The notes beneath the pieces are model-generated. The model did not search any database, was not told the DNA's origin, and saw only the letters and a program-made list of their open reading frames with translations. A DNA stretch of 47,916 bases, counting the filler, from Streblomastix strix (lineage: Eukaryota): assembly GCA_008636045.1 (NCBI GenBank). It is 2 parts of 2 records of this genome, joined end to end, with 100 filler letters (N's around TTAATTAATTAA, not from the genome) between each part and the next. Parts side by side here need not be neighbours in the genome. Positions count along the whole stretch, not along the records: positions 1 to 23,930 come from SNRW01000253.1; 1 more part is not named here. One strand, given 5' to 3'. The first letter of the stretch is position 1; each line of letters begins with the position of its first letter. Positions 1-12,890 of the stretch are shown here, in pieces. The translations under genes and the position numbers were made by a program.

Positions 1-2170
1 ATAACCAGCTTATCTAGCTTATGTGTTTCAACAGAAATAGACATTAAATAGGTAAGCCACAGCCCATGGCAGATACAATGTAGCAGGAAAAAAATAGGGA
101 AGGATCTTTAAATTCTTAGAACATCAAATACATGGACATTATCTTGGAATGTTCACCACCCTCACTAAATTTCAATACATAAATTGGAGAGGGATCAAAA
201 GGATAGCTCCCTTGTTTAAAAGAAGGAATGAGCAAAGAACCTTAAATAGTAGCATAGAAAAGCCTGGGACCTAGAAGAATATGACTTAGATGCTTAGAAA
301 TCGAAATACTTTGATTTTCTATATGCAGGATATGCTGAAGGCAATGAGTAAATCGGGCCATTTATCGATGCGCAGAATAAAGGAGCATAAGTTATGTTTT
401 CATGAATATCAAGCTTTCAAGAAAAAATAATACCACAAGCTCTTCAAAGGGAAGCCATTGCAATCCGATATGAGGAAGGACTCTTCTCGCTTTGCTTATA
501 GTGGTCATGATAATGGTAAAAATGAAAGAAATAATAGAAGAGGTGGTAAAACAACCCTAGCATTCTTGAAATAACAATTTGAACAAGATATAAATTCTGG
601 ACTAAATTGGATCTAACCTAGAGAGGACAATTTATGGTAAAACGGCTGACAATTTGAAATATTAATTCTATAAAATATCAACCAAGTTGAAATAAATATT
701 CAAGCTTTAAGGATATATCGTTAGGCATTAGGATAGAACCTAAGAAGGAATCTCCAACCTCTGGACATGGGCTTAGAAAGGTAACCAGCAAATCCAGATA
801 GCAGAACATAAACTCCACATGTAAATATTTCTGAAATGGCTAAGAATAAACAGATCTTTCTACTAAGTGATTTATAAAAGAGAAGTTCTTGGATAGTATC
901 TCAGGAAGAAGAAGAAGAAGAAGAAGAAGAATAATAATAAATAAAACCTATAGTACCATCCAAAGTCTCAACTTAAAATATGATTAACAAAGCAATTTAG
1001 ACTCAAGTGCCAAAAATGAGGCAACAAAAACTCATACCATCCACTTAGTAACACCTTATAATATAGATGCCACCTATTACAGAGTCTTAGGGCGCTTGGC
1101 CAGTTCGTTCCTATGCCTGACTTGAACAATAGAGAGCGTAAGAGAGACGAATTGTTAATATTAGGGAGCTCCAGCAGAGATTTAGAGCTGCAGAACAAGA
1201 GACTAGAGATTTAAATCAAGAAAAAAATCCAATTTCACATTAAAGTTAATTAAGGGAGAGAAGAGAGAATAGGTAGAAACAATCTGAACAATTCTGGGAA
1301 ACAAGAGATCCAGAACAACTAGAGTTAAACAAAACAATAATATTGTCAAGTAGAATTTCAGATTAAGAAGCTCAAACTGAATAATTGAGCTCAACATATT
1401 ACCATGATAATATATTTGATGAGTAGATGATCTAAACAGAAAAAGAGGAATCTGCTTTAGAAGTCTTTAATAAACATATGAGAGAGAATTTGGACAAGGA
1501 GAACGAAATAAAGACTTTGGAAAATGAAAAAAACGAGTAAATAAGAACCTTGAGAAAGGATTATATAGACTCGAATCCTACATTATAAATAGATCGTGCA
1601 AATCCCCAAAGCCCACGTCTCCCTAATTACATAGAACAAGCAATTGCCCTAGAGGTTGATGAACGACTACCACTACCTAACTAAGTAAACAACATGCAGG
1701 ATGCAATGCTAATAAATATGACAATTTCACCTTTGAGAATAAACTTTAACCAGGACTCCAGCTCCAAACAAAACTTAACTTATCCGTCACCATCTTTAGC
1801 TAATAATAACTAACTCTCATTCTTTGAATAATATGCAAAAAATAGTTCAAATAAAATTCAACAATCTTTACAACTTCCTACATAACCTAAAAGCCCACAA
1901 ATACAATATCAAATCAGATAAGTCGACCCTTAGGAAGAGGAAGACCTAGATAAATAAATCCGCCAATTGCAAGAAGTAAGAGATATAATACAGTTGAGAT
2001 TAGAATAGAAAACGCATGATGCAGTATTTGGAGATATTGATTGTCTTCTGGAAATCAATAACAAAAAATGGACAAAGAAGGTCAGAATTATAATTCTGAA
2101 GAGGATAAAGGTCCTCTAGTTAAACAGAAAAATAGAGAAAATCTTATATAAGGCAAGAATTCGAAAGTAA
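1..2170 (+). other. Degenerate ORF1/gag-like region upstream of the DIRS pol (tentative)
   Basis: Purine-rich, intron-free, more GC-rich than host introns; frame 2 is open from 2 to about 648 under the TAR=Gln code; no recognisable domain; assigned by position and composition only. Confidence 0.35.
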
Positions 2171-2423
2171 AAGAGCTTGATTTAATTTTAATATATTTTT
2201 TTATGGAAATATATGTATATGTAGAACATATGTATAGATCAAATATAAAAGTTCTCAAAATTTGAATCAGTATATAATTTTAAATTTTTTTATGAGTATA
2301 AAACTAAAGATCATAAAAATCCAAACCAACTTCTATGAATTCAAAATTTATATTTTGTTTAAAAATATCAATAATACAATGTAAATTGTCTACCGTAAAA
2401 CTCAGTTAATTCATTTTTGAGTT

Positions 2424-4608
2424 AATAAACCATGGAGCATTTAGATTTTCCAAGCACCATAATTCAAGGTTCACCTGCTGGAACAGGAGGGACACTCGGC
2501 AATGGACTCGAGTAATGCTCGGAGTCCTCACCACATAATGTGGCGAGGGAGGGCTCCTGATGCATCTAGCAAAAAGACGGGCCAGTTCGCACTGTCCTAA
2601 TTCAGGAAGTTGTTACTGGAGTGGGAGCATCTGTTTAGCTCTCAGCGGAATATTATAGAAAGAAGAGACTAAATGCTCTCATCCACGGGAATGGGAGGCA
2701 AGACAGCACGATTCGCGCAAACATGGGATTTGATCAAGGCACAGCAAGTCAAATCAATAGAATTATTCCTGATCTTTAGGGACAGCATTAACGAAACTCG
2801 TTTAGCAGCATCTTTTAGACCTTATCCGTTTAAAGGAATACCGAAAAAAAACAAAGTATATAAAGAAATATTTCAAACAGAACAGGAAGAGAGAATTATA
2901 GAAATGACACTTGGAGAACAAATGAAGAGTTGGAATCTAACTTTCATAGTACCGAAACTGGACAGAATATGGAGACAGATCCTGAATGCAATAATATTGA
3001 ACGAAAAGATCCTACCATTACATTTATAAATGCAGGAAATAAAAGATATAAAAATGATAATTTTACCAATGGATTGGTTGAATAAACTAGATCTAAAGTC
3101 AACGTTCCACCATTTCACAGTCTACGAACCACATAGACCTTATCTGGCATTCGACGTATAGGGAATATGTTATAGATATAAAGGAATGCCCTTTGGAATC
3201 CAATACTCACAAATATTCTTCACGGAAGCAACGAATCGAATCCTGGCAGAAGTTAGAATTACATAGGATTTGCGAAAAATTAATTACTCGGTCGATATTC
3301 TCCTATTATATCAGGATTAAATGATCCTAAAGCAACAAATAATTCGTTTGATGGAAATATTCGAACAGTTTGGTCTAACAATCTCGCTCAAGAAATACAA
3401 GCTGGAACTGAAACAGAAGATAGTATTCTTAGGTTGGTCTTAGAATTTAACAACAATGGAACTACAAATTCCGAATTATAATAGATCAACGAACATTGAT
3501 TTGCTTAAGAATTTATTAAAGACAACTTTGGGTAATCACCTGACTCGATTCAAATATCTCACAGCGATAATTGGAACTTTAAGTTTTCTTAGAACATAAT
3601 TCAAATAGACATCTATTTATCTGATGCTCCTATTTTCAGCTGACGCATGAGCTGTGAAAGAACAAGGATGGTATGGAATGATAAGATTTTCGATGCAAGC
3701 ACTGCCAGAGATGTATTGGTGGATCAATAAGATATAAGAAAACAAGAGACTTTCTTTGATATGGAACATTCCTCAAGATGTTCTTGTTACATATGCAGCC
3801 TCCATGATTGGAGAACTTCTCTGGAATTTAGAAATCGAAAAGTTCTAATTGTATAGGACATTTGTAAGAGAGAATAAATGAAATCGACCAGAAATTTAGA
3901 AGAAATGTAAGTCATATCTTTATGTCATCAATTTTCCCAGATAAGTTTTGCACAATTGAGAACGAAGGCGATTCCGATTAGATCGGACAACTCTTCGATA
4001 GTATCTAATCTTAGAAGACTGAAGGCAGCACCACAACTAGCATCTGGTCTTAGCAATCTAAATAAGATAATCCAACATTTGGGTCTATAGGTATAAACAG
4101 TACACGTTCCAGGAGTAATTAATTACATAGCAGATTCACTAAGTAGATTGGATAGCTCGGGAGACTATAGTATAAACCCACAATTGGCGTAAATCCTATT
4201 TCTTTGGTGGAACCTAGAGCCAACTCTGGATTTATTCGCAAACCAATACAATGCGATCCTACCTCGTTAGGTATCGACAGACCAGAGGGATTTGATTGCA
4301 AAATGCATAGGAGCATTTAACTATTCATTGGAGAAAGAAATACTTTGAATCTATTTGCATATCCCAACGATATCTTAGATTTTAATGACACTTAAACTGT
4401 AATAAACTACAGTGATTGTGGTGGTACCCTGGTGACCAGGCCAATCTTGGTTCACAACACTGCTATAAGAGAATTAAACATAGATCATCCAAGGTCCATC
4501 GAACCGAATCCTGACTCTGGGTCCGAATATGATAACAAAACGTCTCCACCTCCTACCAGGCAAGTTAGCAGCCTTCATCATGGCTACGTAGTGGATCGAG
4601 GACACGAA
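2424..4608 (+). pseudogene. DIRS pol pseudogene: reverse transcriptase, RNase H, Dam-like methyltransferase domain
   Basis: RT motifs TFIVPK, LDLKSTFHH, YKGMPFG, YSVD at 3285-3296 (YxDD broken), IVFLGW. RNase H motifs VTYAA (TDAS broken), IRSDNSS, HVPGVINYIADSLSR (4100-4147). MT motifs LDLFA (DLFA 4229-4240) and VVVPW*PGQSWF. In-frame TGA at 3648, 4346, 4433 and a frameshift near 3810. Confidence 0.9.
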
Positions 4609-4985
4609 CTATTAACAAGTTTCTTAGAAGCTGTAGGATTATCAAGACACGGATAAGTACTACTAATAGGAGGATAGAAGTTTCAATTAATAATAAGAAG
4701 TTAGTATGCTATAGCAACCTTAGATGACTCGATGAAGCTCATACATTACCCAATATAAGATGTTTTAGGAATGAAATCTGGATTTTTAAAACTAGAATCA
4801 TGATATGATTCACAAGCCAGTGCGTGGTATCAAAATCTTCACATAATAAACAAACATATATTAAAGCACTGATACAATTCATATTTGAAAGAGAACCAAT
4901 GCGTTTTTCTGCTTTGGCTCTTACTTTTGGTGCGATCTCAAATAGCAATATACAAACATGAAAATACGCTCATGTATGAGATATT
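4590..4985 (+). pseudogene. N-terminal fragment of DIRS tyrosine recombinase
   Basis: Overlapping ORF directly after the MT domain, ending in T*KYAHV*DI (4956-4985), which resembles the 'Y...WD' motif preceding the DIRS YR catalytic domain; the catalytic part is absent. Confidence 0.6.
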
Positions 4986-5850
4986 CAGGGCCGTTAAAAG
5001 TGCGTCTACACAATTTTTTTCCTAAATCGTGAGTAAAAATTTTAAAATATTTTAATAATTTAATATAACATAAATTAAAATATAAATGAAAATATTTAGC
5101 ATAAAATTGATTGATGCTTATAAGTATATTATCGAATTTCTTAAAAATATGTTCAAATTTTATTTAGTTTTATATTTAACTAAACGAATTGTAGCAAAAG
5201 TAAAATATTGAAATATATTTCTTGAATAAATATAATTATATTTAATAAATTATCGACATTTAAATAAGAATAATGAATCGAAAAAAATATAAAATTTATA
5301 AATATATTTGAATTATTTCGTTCAAAAGTAGTTTTTCCAAGCGAGAGACCGTGAAATTGATGTTCATAATTTATAATAATTTTTTATATTTTACTTAATT
5401 TACTAGTTTATATCTAAGAACGAAGAAATCAGCTAGGTAACTTTAAATCGTCCTGACTGGGTGAGATACCATTCAAATGATAAATTTATGTTTTTATAGT
5501 TAACAAATTATATTAAGGTTTATGATAAACTAAAAAAAGTCTAAGATGATATTCCGCTTGAAAAAAATTTTAGCGACTAATCCTTATATTATCTTAACCA
5601 GATTCGTAGTTGAGCTTGAAATAAATAAATAAACACTATCAAGGGAATAATCAAAGAAGAAATAGAATATAGGCGTGTTGCATCGAAGTGGATTCCATAT
5701 AATATAACAAAAGAATAAAAAATGCATTGAATTTAGAAATCAAAAGAACTCTTGCGGAAGATACTGGCAAAAAGAAGGAATAAATTCAAAGGAATTTTTA
5801 CTGGAGATGAAACATGGATTTATTTTAGGAATCCAAAATCTGCCAATTAA
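4984..5850 (+). mobile_element. Truncated Tc1/mariner DNA transposon remnant (putative left TIR plus transposase fragment)
   Basis: 5641-5850 translates KGIIKEEIEYRRVASKWIPYNITKEQKMH*IQKSKELL...GIFTGDETWIYFRNP, containing the mariner WVPHEL-like linker and the TGDETW first catalytic Asp motif (5800-5817). TA followed by ttcagggccgttaaaagtgcg at 4982-5004 resembles a mariner TIR. Confidence 0.85.
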
Positions 5851-6452
5851 GTTAGTATCATTTCTTCTGTAAGTTTGTTTTTTGAGAATAATCGAGATAT
5901 CAGAAGTAGATATCAATGTTTCAAACTTCAATTTTGGAAACCACACAGCTCCATTAACCCTTTCACCAAAATATCCAACAAATTAGAATAATATGAAGTT
6001 AGAAGAATATGAATACTGAACATTGAAACAAATCACGTTCCTGACTCTAAGACTTCAAGCAACTATTAAGTTTTTGCTGCCAACAGGAAAGCTCATTCAA
6101 TTGCTGTTAGATAGGTAACTATTGATCACTGCCTGGAAAACCAAGATTCTACTTTAATGAATATCTCAAAATAAAAGCATCCGTAATGAAATAACTTGCC
6201 ATCCTAATAAAAGATATATTACAAACTATTTAACGCGCAATAAAAAAAAACTGTAAAATCTTTAAAAGAGAATTTTTGATTCAAAGTAATATATTCAAAA
6301 AGGAGATGATATCGATCAATATTTAATTAAAATATATACATACAAATTATGGCATTCAAATTTTAATCATATAGAATAAATATGGAAAATAGAAACTGGT
6401 TTTTGAAAGACTTCCTACGAAAGCACTCGCATTCATTTGGAGATAATTTGCC

Positions 6453-9254
6453 ATGACATAGGAATAACTACTTTTAAGTTTAGGTTTTTAAGTATGTATA
6501 CATTATTTATATCCAAATTCATGGTTATCTTTCAATTTTTTGTTCGGATTAGGTTTTCAAAACATTGGGTATGATTTTGTAGTTAATTTTTATGAAAAAT
6601 AAGATATTATATTTACTTCACAAATAATTTTAAAGGTCATGGCGCATTTGGACAGTATGAAAATAGTTGGGCTTTGCAATCAATTTTTTTTACGATTTGT
6701 TCTTTATTTTGTGTCCAGAGTATTCCTAGTGAACAGCACTTAAACAGGACTGATAGCTGCAAAGGTTATGCAGAAAAATGTGTTCGATCAGAACGAGTGG
6801 GGTGCTGCAAGAATACTTAGCCAGTATAATTTGCTTTATTGTGATGTTTTGAATTAATATTTTATTTTATTATTTAAGAGGAGAACCAATCCCATTTGTT
6901 GTTCAGTTTAATGCAGCTAAAATGTTTGAATAATAAGTTGTTATTCTGATGGAGTTTGCAAATATGAAGGCTTGTTTTTCTTTTTTCATTTTTTAAGTTA
7001 ATTTTGTTTTAATTCAAAATTATTATTATTTCAGAGTCTTGATAACATTATTAAACGGAAATCTGTTCTTTCTGGAGGAACAATTCGAGCAATTGCAAAA
7101 CAACTTCGTATGAATTATTAACATAAAAATTCTATTATTCTTTTTATTTTTTATTCATATTCAGTCTAAGGTATTAATATGATTCACTAAAAAGGTCTTG
7201 TTCATCGGTATATAATAATCAATTCTTTATATTTATAACTATTTAATTTAATTAATTAATTTATTTAATTTAATTTAATTTAATTTATTATTTGATAATA
7301 TCAGAGATATCAAAGGAGAAAACATTATGCTTCACAATCCAATTGGATCTGATCGAGTTGTATGAAATAAATTAAATAATAAATTATTTTTCATATATCC
7401 TATTTTATTATTTTATTATTTATTATTTTCATTATATTATTTATTAATATTATATTATTTATTGATTTATTATGATTAAATAGATTGTTAAAATAGCAGA
7501 TTTTGGACTTGTCAAATTTCAAGATCGATTATAATAAACGATGTTAATGTCTGCAAAAGGGTTTGAATAATTAATAATTTTCTTTTTTTTTTATTATTTT
7601 ATTTATTTTAATATTTAAATCAGAACTCCATTAAATATGGCACCGGAACTTGTTATTGGAGATGGAAAAGCTGATTCCAAAGTTTGAAAATATTATTATT
7701 AATATTTAATATTGAAATCTATTTATTTATATTATATTGTATTACAAATATAATTAGGTTGATGTTTGGTCTGTTGGAGTTGTGCTTTTCCAACTTGTTG
7801 GACATGAATATCCAATTAAAGCGATGAGCATTCCAGATTTGATGAAGTTTGAAAATTGAAAGCAAAATTGAATTCTTATTAATTTACATTTTATAATATA
7901 TTTTATTCAGGCTTATGTAATTGCAAACCATAAATCGACCTTCATCAATTCAAGATAACTTGCTCTGGGATCTTCTTATTCATCTTCTTGCATTTGATCG
8001 AACTAAACGTTTTACAGCAGCCGAAGCACTTCAACATCCTTATTTCACAAATCCATAAGCACGAAATGAAATTAGTTCATAAGCTCAATAAATTGCATTA
8101 AATTCACAAATATTGTAACAGAATGGAGACCAAAGTATCACATAATTTGATATTGATTCATCATATATTATTACATCAATTGAAATCAAAACTTCATTTG
8201 GCTATGATCCTTTAACTGAACTTCAACCAATCTACTAATAAATTTAATTAAATTAATAACAACTTGTAATTTAACAATTTCAATAATAATAACCTTTAAC
8301 CAATATTAATATTAAATAATAAAATCCTCCTTTTAATCCTCAATATCCAATTCCTATCCAAACAAATATCAATCAAATTTACCTACCGAATAATCCACAT
8401 CAATAAAACATCCCACCTCCATAAACATTTCTTAGTATTACTCCTCCTCCATCCATTCTTCCTTAATAAATTGTTATTCCTCCATAAAATATTCTTCCTG
8501 CTGTTACTAATATTTAATATTAACAACCTCATTAATAGTAATAATAATAATAATAATATGCAAATATTATTAATAATCAAAATCTTATTTATCCAAATAA
8601 CATACCAATTCAACCCGATCTTGATTAATCATAAACTTAACAACTTTCACCTCAATAATAATAACAATAATAATTGCCATATTAATAATCATATTAATAA
8701 TAACCATATTAATAATAACCATATTAATAATAACCAATTTAATAAATACCAATTTAATAATAATTTATTTAATAATAATTTCCATAAGTTGTTCCTCCTA
8801 CAAATCAACCTGGTTATTATCCAACACCAAAAGTTCCATCTTTAATTCCATCAAATATTAAACCAGCTTAGAATATTCAATATCCGTAACTTATTCAACA
8901 ATAAATTCAATAACAATAACAGATTTAGAATTTAAATTAAAATCAAAATTATATTATTCCTGGAAAAGATACTATTGCAAATAATAATGCATAATAACTA
9001 TAATTACAATCAGAATCCAAAATTCTTCAAAAATAACCTTAAATTTAATAAAAAGAATAATAAAAGAAATAAGATAATATTGATGTTGAATCAGATCCAC
9101 AAATTCCCTGTGAGCTTTGTAAGAAGTTGATTTCATTCAGTTAATATGAAGAACATGTACATTAATGTTAATAAGAATAAACACAAGAAAGAAAAAGAAA
9201 AGAAAATGAAGATATGTAATTTGCTTTATAATTGTAATATTAGGGCAATAAACC

Positions 9255-9330
<76 letters not shown>

Positions 9331-10008
9331 GAAACAATTGATAGAGAAAGAGTTAAATTGGCTGAAAAAGAAAGAGTTGAGAAGGAAAAACAAGATAAAA
9401 TTGAAAGGGAAAGATAAGAAAAAATTAAATGGGATAAACAATAGAAAGAAAATGAAATGCAATAAATTATTGAAAGAAATAGAATTGCCTAAGAAGAAAG
9501 AGATAGATTGAAAAAAGTAAATAAACCAAGTGCAGATCCAAAAAGTAGACTGAAATAGTAAGCAGAATAATAGAAAAAATAACCATCGTCAGATATTCCT
9601 TCTTAATATATTCCATCCGAACCAAAATCTAATATTAAATCTCCTCCATCATAAATTTCATCTTCAAGTCCTTCTAAATAATCACCTCCTCCTAAACCTA
9701 AACAAATTGCTTGTCCTTTTTGTTAGATATCATAAGATCGAAGTTCTATTTACGTACATATTAGTAACTGTTAGAAAGATCCAAAATATAGTTCTATTTC
9801 CACCCAAATAAAACAAATTCTCCCAAAAATGGAAAGAAAATGGAATGGTCAATTCCAAACTTAAAAAGGATAAAAACCTAATTGTCCTTTTTGCAATAAT
9901 AAACCTTCTTAATTCACACTAGAAAAACATTTGGAAGAATAACATCCGAATGAAATAGACATTTTCCAAAAACTCCTCAAATTCCACTTTGAAATGCAAT
10001 AATTATGA
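6453..10008 (+). CDS. Kinase A: multi-exon Ser/Thr protein kinase with Q/P-rich tail, three zinc fingers, MIU-like helix, polyQ and coiled coil
   Basis: Spliced: MTQEQLLLSLGFQ|VFKTLG|HGAFGQ|VFLV..AAKVM..MEFANMK|..HR|DIKGENIML..ADFGLV..G|TPLNMAPE..DVWSVG..RFTAAEALQHPYF. Last exon (about 7911-10008) is open and holds CELC..H..C (9109), CPFC..H..C (9712), CPFC..H..H (9883); TGA at 10006-10008. Confidence 0.93.
8758..9443 (+). repeat. Copy 1 of an approx. 650-700 bp coding module shared with kinase B (inverted relative to 14461-15110)
   Basis: Long near-identical stretches, e.g. cctacaaatcaacctggttattatccaacaccaaaagttccatctttaattccatcaaatatt, are present on the opposite strand at about 15007-15068. 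Confidence 0.92.
9256..9330 (+). repeat. (TAA)25 microsatellite encoding poly-Gln in kinase A
   Basis: 25 perfect TAA triplets in the reading frame of the last exon. Confidence 0.95.
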
Positions 10009-10343
10009 TTCATATTAATTAAAGAGAAAAATTCTTCTTGCTTCATTTAAATATCACTTATCTCTTCACTTTTTTTCTGAAGTATTTATTTTATTCAAAC
10101 TTAAGATTCGATTTTTTCTATTATCAACAGGAATATTTTGCCTTTTCTCAACTGTTTCAATCCACTTCACTTAGTATTTATGGAGAATTTTTTACGCTCA
10201 TTTAATTTTGACTTATTTTATTATCACTATAAATATATTCAAATAATTTACGATGAAATGTTGTTATTTATTTTTTCCAAACAAGATTTTACTTGAAACA
10301 AGTTGAATTAAACTTTGAGCATTGTATTAATCGATTAATACGT

Positions 10344-12302
10344 ATGAATTCAACTCAACAATCAGAAATTTAAAGTTCATAAGACGATAAAAACAGAGTT
10401 CAAAATAATAATTTAAATACGAGCTATATTTATACCAATGATATAGAAAATCCAAATATTATGTCATAGTCTGAATAAGATTTATTAACTACATAACTTC
10501 AAAATTAAACTACTTCAAAATATTCTGAATAAATAGAGAAATCTGCAGATTAAAATTTATAGAATAATTCTGAAGTTTTACAAAATAATAGTTTTTCTGA
10601 AATTTTAAAAGATACACATTTACACAATTCTGATGAACAATTTCAATATGTAACATTAAGACTAATTGATACTGATAATAATGGAGAAAACACAGATTAA
10701 CAAACTCTGTCAATAAATATAAATGAAAAATAAGAAATAAAACAAGATTTATCTGAAAATAACTTTTTAATATTATTACAGCAAATTTCAAGCACAACAT
10801 CAGAAATTGAAAAGTTAAAAAAGATCAAGCAATTGCATCAATAAATCAATAATTTTGAAGATGAATAAATATCGAAAGAAATTAATAATGACGTTTGTTT
10901 AGAGTTATTGAGTTAGATTGGAGAATGTAAAACTGTTATTGAATAAGAAATATTATCAGTTATTGAAATATTTAGTGAATATGGATCTTAAATTTCTGAA
11001 AGTTGGGAATTGAATCAATACTTTTTTCATTTTCAATCATCTGGATTATCAAAATAAATTGAGAAACTTCTTCTCTAATAAATATCATAAGAGAATTAAG
11101 ATGATAAATAATCAAATTCATTCTCTAATATTCTCACTCAACTATTTCTAATAATTTCTTTCATTAATAAATATAAACGAATAGAAAACGAACTTCTTGA
11201 ATAATTTGGATAATTTTATAAACTTCAAATAATTAATCTATAATAAAACATTGATAAGATAAATAATCAAAATAAGATATCACAAGATGAATAAATAAAG
11301 AATAAAGAATTTCTTGGAATTAATTTAACTGATGGAATAAGAATATTAAGATCTTTAAAAGGCCTTTGTGAGAATTCATAAAATCAATATTATTTTGTTC
11401 GTAAATTAAATATTCATGAAATTCTTGCTCTTCTTCTTCATATTCGATGTCCAATTGAATTAAATTGTTCATAATCTCTCAATATTGAAGAATCATTATC
11501 ATTATCAGAATTTATTGGTTGTATTTATGGAACAATTGCTGAAATCAGTTGGAATAAAGAGGATATCAAATAATTTCTTTTTAATAAACATCAAATATTT
11601 GAACATCTTTCATCTCATATCATTTCATTTTCTAATAAACATTCACTTCATAAGAAAGAAACTTAATAAATTAATTAAAATTCATCATTACAATAAATTC
11701 AAGATCCGAATTCACAATATCTTTCAGTTATTTCTGGATCTCTTCATTTGCTTTGGATTCTTCTTGATGATAATTAAATTCTATGTCGAATAGCTGAATC
11801 TACTTCAAAATTAACAAATTCGCTTGTTTAATTAGTTTAATTTGGAAGAAAATAACATTCAATTAGAAAATAGGAGAAATTATCAAGAGAAATAAGATAT
11901 TACAGTAATTTATGCATTTATTGGATTCGAAGATACGCAAATATTGGAATGCAATAAATAATTATCAATGATTGGAAATATATTGATATCCAAATGTCAT
12001 GTATATGTTTATTAGGAGGAAATGAAGAATAAAGCAATAAAATAATCTAAAATGGACTATTAAGTATAAACAGTGCCATATATTATATTCGAAATGGAAC
12101 TTCATGGTGTTAGTCTCTTCCATTAGTTATTAAAGATCTATATAATGATATTGAATTATTTGGAGGAGTAGAAGAAATTGATTCTTATTAGTTTCATTCG
12201 CTATAATTGTAAAATGATGATATTAAAGATTGGTCAGAAAATGCATTGAAAGAAATAATTAATATTCAGAAATATAATACAAACAGATTAAGAAATAATT
12301 GA
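10344..12302 (+). CDS. Intronless hypothetical protein (652 aa), helical/ARM-like, probably a lineage-expanded family
   Basis: ATG 10344 to TGA 12300-12302, 653 codons in one frame under TAR=Gln; N/Q-rich N-terminus, then I/L-rich helical sequence ending IELFGGVEEIDSYQFH..IKDWSENALKEIINI. Confidence 0.8.
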
Positions 12303-12815
12303 TTAGAATAACCAGGAAATATTTGTTTGAAAATTAATGATTCATATCAAAGAAAAGAGAAATTATTCTTTCTTTATTTCTGGATCATTAATCACCTCTC
12401 TTTCTGATATTTATAATTAATACAAAAATAATATACAATTTTATTATAATCAGTTAGAAACTTCTGTTTATTCTTGACGGTTTCAACCACATTTCACTTT
12501 GTATATAAGAATTATTTATACACTATTTGTTTTGATATTAATATTATTTCAATAGTAAAATTTTCTTCTTTAAAATTATTTATTATTAATAACTTTAATA
12601 AAATATCAATAAACCCATTCAATATACAATGATCTTAATTTTACCTTATGATAATTTCAAATGGAGTAATATTAATCAAATAAAAGATAATCAAAAGAAA
12701 TGTTTGATTTTTATTATTTTTTTTTATTTATTTAAAAAGTTACTAAAAAAAGGATACAAAATGATGTGTACTAAGAATTGTCAGACAAGAAAATGATTCA
12801 AGTTGACAAAATAAC

Positions 12816-12890
12816 TCATTTTAATTAATAAAAATCAACTAATTTTACTTAATAAAAAACAACTCATTTTACTTAATATAAAACAACTCA
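12816..12890 (-). repeat. 24-bp tandem repeat (3+ units) starting at the kinase B stop codon
   Basis: Minus-strand unit tgagttgttttwtattaagtaaaa; TGA at 12888, 12864 and 12816. Confidence 0.85.

Larger units (their letters stand above)
2424..4985 (+). mobile_element. Decayed DIRS-type (tyrosine-recombinase) retrotransposon
   Basis: Domain order RT - RNase H - adenine-methyltransferase-like - YR N-terminus is characteristic of DIRS1-like elements; no terminal repeats identified. Confidence 0.9.

Noticed and set aside
5850..6260. Coding-like stretch after the mariner fragment
   Set aside because: No recognisable motif and interrupted by TGA; cannot be assigned from sequence alone.
12816..12890. 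CRISPR-like array
   Set aside because: Head-to-tail repeats without spacers, eukaryotic context, no cas genes.
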